A stretch of 64,000 bases of DNA from a virus. Below the pieces are notes generated by a model. It searched no databases. It saw only the letters and a list, made by a program, of their open reading frames with translations, and had not been told where the DNA came from. Location of the stretch: the IMG/VR virus record IMGVR_UViG_3300045988_149331, positions 32,001 through 96,000 of that record; one strand, given 5' to 3'. Made by a program: the position numbers and the translations under genes. Within the stretch, counting starts at the first letter, position 1; each line of letters opens with the position of its first letter. This document shows positions 61,882-64,000 of this stretch, piece after piece.

Positions 61882-63572
61882 AAAGTCCGCAATTTATCAA
61901 TATCAATGTCCAGATCTATATTTGACAAATCGCAGTCTATATCTATTTCCTCGCCATTACGAAGAGGAATTTTAGCGTTTTCGGGCAATCTAAACTTGCC
62001 ATACCCCTCAATTTCCAAATCCCAAAATTTAGGAACCGTTACGCGATTAGAATTCAGAAATCGTTCGAACATTAAATCATATTTCAACGGGTCAACGTCC
62101 GTTATGTACAGGCAATATGCAATCAACGATCCGCACACTGAACCACGCCCCGACCCGGTCATGATACCCTGCTCGCGGCACCAGTTCATGATGTCCCAAA
62201 GGATCATGAAATAATCACATAGCCCGTTAGGAACGATAATGGCGCACTCCTTTTCGAGTTCATTCATATACTTATCCAGGTCATCGACCTTACCTACCAA
62301 CCGCTCTTGAACGCCCTGTTCCAACTTTTCAAAGAAGGCGTCTTCAACCGTAGTTTTTACAAACTTGTATTTCGGAAGGTGACGAATGCCCGTCGGTATC
62401 TCAAACTCAATAGTGTCCGTCAAAGTCGCTGTAAGGGTCATGCCATCAATTATCTTCTCGTAAAGGGGCGCGGCTACGTCCATCCACTCTTCGTAGGCTA
62501 AAATCGTCTCTTTTGAGTTTTTGAAATACTGGGTCGAACTTTCGGCATTCACCACCCCAGCAACCTTATTCAGCAGGGCCTTCAGCGGAGCCTCTTCGCG
62601 ATCAAGGTAATACGAGTCGTTGATGACGATAGGCAGCGTCTGGCAATAAGCCTTCATTTTCCGACAACGGCAGATGTAGGTGTCGATAGCTTCCAGGTGA
62701 GCGCGGAATAACGCTTCGGATTCGAATTCGACGGTGTCGATCTGATAGTACACTTGATCGAACGCCGTGTGATACGCTTCCAGTAAAGCCTTGCACCGCT
62801 CGGCGTCGGACTTAAAGTAGTTCAGTTCGCTATCCGGCGGGATAACGCAGATCAGCCCGCGGCCAAGTTTATACAGTTCCTCGCTGGGGATGAAGCCTTG
62901 ATAATCGACGTTTATGGCCTTATTCACCAACAGCAGGTTGCGCCACCCTTCAGGGCTGGTTACGTATAGTTTCAACGCGAAGGTTTCCTGTACGTCAGCC
63001 GCCTGGTCGTAGTTACACGCCACGGTCACAGTCTCGCCTATTATAGGCTTCAGCCCGTTATTCAAGCATGCGGTCTGAAAAGCCAGCGTTCCGGCCAAAG
63101 TGTTTCGGTCGCATATGCCGAGGGCCTTCATGCCGTTGAACTTGGCCTTGGCGGCCCATTCTTCGCAGTTTGACGAACCGTTCAAAAACTCATACTCGCT
63201 GTGAACGCCCAGATGAACGAACGGAACCAGTTCTTCGGCGGTTGCAGTGCCAAGGTACTTAAAATCACGGAACTCCGGGCGGAACACCACCGATTTATCC
63301 AACCGAAGATGATCTTTCTTGATGTTTGAATAGTAGAACTTACCGCCAAATTCGAACAGGATGTATTTTACAACCCCATCGTACAAGGCGTCGAACTCCG
63401 CCCCCGTCACCGCGAACGAGAAGCGTTGATCGATGATCTTGCCCTTATCGTCGGGGTGGAGGTACAAAAAGTCCCCCACGCCTTCGATAGCGATTATATT
63501 CAGTTCGTCGTCGCGCTTTTCTTCGATAGCCAGGTAGTTATCGTCGGCCCAGCGCCGTAATGCCTCAGTCAT
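61869..63572 (-). CDS. dnaE: DNA polymerase III alpha (DnaE-type), N-terminal piece (PHP domain and start of palm)
   Basis: FVHLGVHSEYEFLNGSS is the PHP block, followed by GSGRGSVCGSLIAYCLYITDVDPLKYDLMFERFLNSNRV. A 56-aa non-homologous tail runs to the stop. Confidence 0.8.
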   Translation of the reverse strand: MTEALRRWADDNYLAIEEKRDDELNIIAIEGVGDFLYLHPDDKGKIIDQRFSFAVTGAEFDALYDGVVKYILFEFGGKFYYSNIKKDHLRLDKSVVFRPEFRDFKYLGTATAEELVPFVHLGVHSEYEFLNGSSNCEEWAAKAKFNGMKALGICDRNTLAGTLAFQTACLNNGLKPIIGETVTVACNYDQAADVQETFALKLYVTSPEGWRNLLLVNKAINVDYQGFIPSEELYKLGRGLICVIPPDSELNYFKSDAERCKALLEAYHTAFDQVYYQIDTVEFESEALFRAHLEAIDTYICRCRKMKAYCQTLPIVINDSYYLDREEAPLKALLNKVAGVVNAESSTQYFKNSKETILAYEEWMDVAAPLYEKIIDGMTLTATLTDTIEFEIPTGIRHLPKYKFVKTTVEDAFFEKLEQGVQERLVGKVDDLDKYMNELEKECAIIVPNGLCDYFMILWDIMNWCREQGIMTGSGRGSVCGSLIAYCLYITDVDPLKYDLMFERFLNSNRVTVPKFWDLEIEGYGKFRLPENAKIPLRNGEEIDIDCDLSNIDLDIDIDKLRTLCKV

Positions 63573-63573
63573 A

Positions 63574-63990
63574 CTACAAAATTGTATTCGGGTCCGCGTT
63601 AGATAACCTTGCCGCGAAGAAATTGCGCGCCAGCATTAGGTAGTCCCAACGCGCATCGACTTGATAGTAACTCGGCATATAATCGATGATCGAGATACTG
63701 CTTTTCAACAGCTGATCGCGATCCTCCGGCAGGCACCCACCGCGATTACGCTTATAGGAGATGTACGCCTTCAACAACTGATACACGGCCGAAAAATATA
63801 TCGACTTTTCATGGACGTATCGCTGGAATCCAGCCTCGTCTTCTGGATCGCCACCGTCGGCGTTACGGTTGAGCAGACGGGTGATCATCTCCTCCAGGAA
63901 TACAGTTATTTCACGCAGGCGGTTTACCGGCACCTCGGACTCGAAATCAAAGTCCATCATGTACGAAATAGCTTCGTTGTAAAGCCCCAT
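63574..63990 (-). CDS. Hypothetical protein
   Basis: 138-aa ORF whose stop lies 1 nt from the dnaE-N start. Confidence 0.55.
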   Translation of the reverse strand: MGLYNEAISYMMDFDFESEVPVNRLREITVFLEEMITRLLNRNADGGDPEDEAGFQRYVHEKSIYFSAVYQLLKAYISYKRNRGGCLPEDRDQLLKSSISIIDYMPSYYQVDARWDYLMLARNFFAARLSNADPNTIL

Positions 63991-64000
63991 TTGTGCCGAA

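Noticed and set aside
61088-62039. Split intein joining the two DnaE pieces
   Set aside because: The N-piece tail does not start with Cys/Ser after the extein. The C-piece head does not end in His-Asn or Asn before Ser. Both tails (56 and 15-24 aa) are too short for canonical N- and C-intein halves.
61088-62039. Group I intron carrying the GIY-YIG ORF
   Set aside because: This is not fully excluded but is disfavoured. The upstream reading frame stays open for 56 codons past the homology break. The downstream piece has its own ATG in an ATGA overlap with the endonuclease stop. Only 41 nt follow the ORF. I could not place a U at the 5' splice site and a G at the 3' splice site that would give an in-frame ...NRV|SMPD junction.
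1-64000. CRISPR arrays, integrase/repressor lysogeny module, reverse transcriptase/DGR, rRNA
   Set aside because: I saw no regularly spaced direct repeats, no tyrosine or serine recombinase motifs, no YxDD reverse-transcriptase motif and no rRNA-like sequence. The only repeat-rich DNA is the non-coding island and the low-complexity coding tracts.

Overview
This window is a 64-kb stretch of a tailed dsDNA phage genome. Every credible gene (about 85 CDS and one tRNA) lies on the minus strand, so transcription runs from base 64000 towards base 1. All long plus-strand ORFs in the track look like antisense shadows.

Gene order in the direction of transcription:
- 64-47 kb: replication and recombination. 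A DnaE-type polymerase is split in two by a GIY-YIG homing endonuclease gene and also carries an HNH intein. It is followed by an HD nucleotidase, an SSB-like protein, a second GIY-YIG gene, a RecA/UvsX-like protein, Mre11/Rad50-like nuclease, RuvC, a sigma-like factor and a UvrD-like helicase.
- 47-32 kb: about 35 small unknown genes.
- 34.0-34.5 kb: a 587-bp highly structured non-coding region.
- 32-30.7 kb: HU, tRNA-Gln(UUG) and a DnaQ-like exonuclease.
- 30.7-26.7 kb: packaging genes. TerL carries a LAGLIDADG intein inside its P-loop.
- 26.7-24.7 kb: nucleotide and sugar enzymes (glycosyltransferase-like, dUTPase with an insertion, ferritin/Mn-catalase-like).
- 24.5-20.3 kb: FEN nuclease and a protein resembling the thymidine-hypermodification enzyme aGPT-Pplase.
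- 20-0 kb: portal to prohead protease. This block is unusually loaded with enzymes: an ADP-ribosyltransferase, MuF, a coupled glycosyltransferase/LmbE-like/radical-SAM trio, an AAA+ ATPase, a PI4K-like kinase plus PARP-like polyvalent protein, and a VanY-like peptidase.

I saw no integrase or repressor, so the phage is probably virulent. TAnnTTTG-type promoter boxes and the absence of Shine-Dalgarno sequences suggest a Bacteroidota host; this is an inference.

Main candidates for novelty:
- A dispersed set of DNA or virion sugar-modification genes.
- An enzyme cargo block whose members share N-terminal leader modules.
- dnaE in pieces, with oppositely charged beta-strand-like tails at the break.
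- Recurrent intergenic motifs and the structured non-coding region.

All family assignments come from motifs read by eye and need HMM or structure searches.
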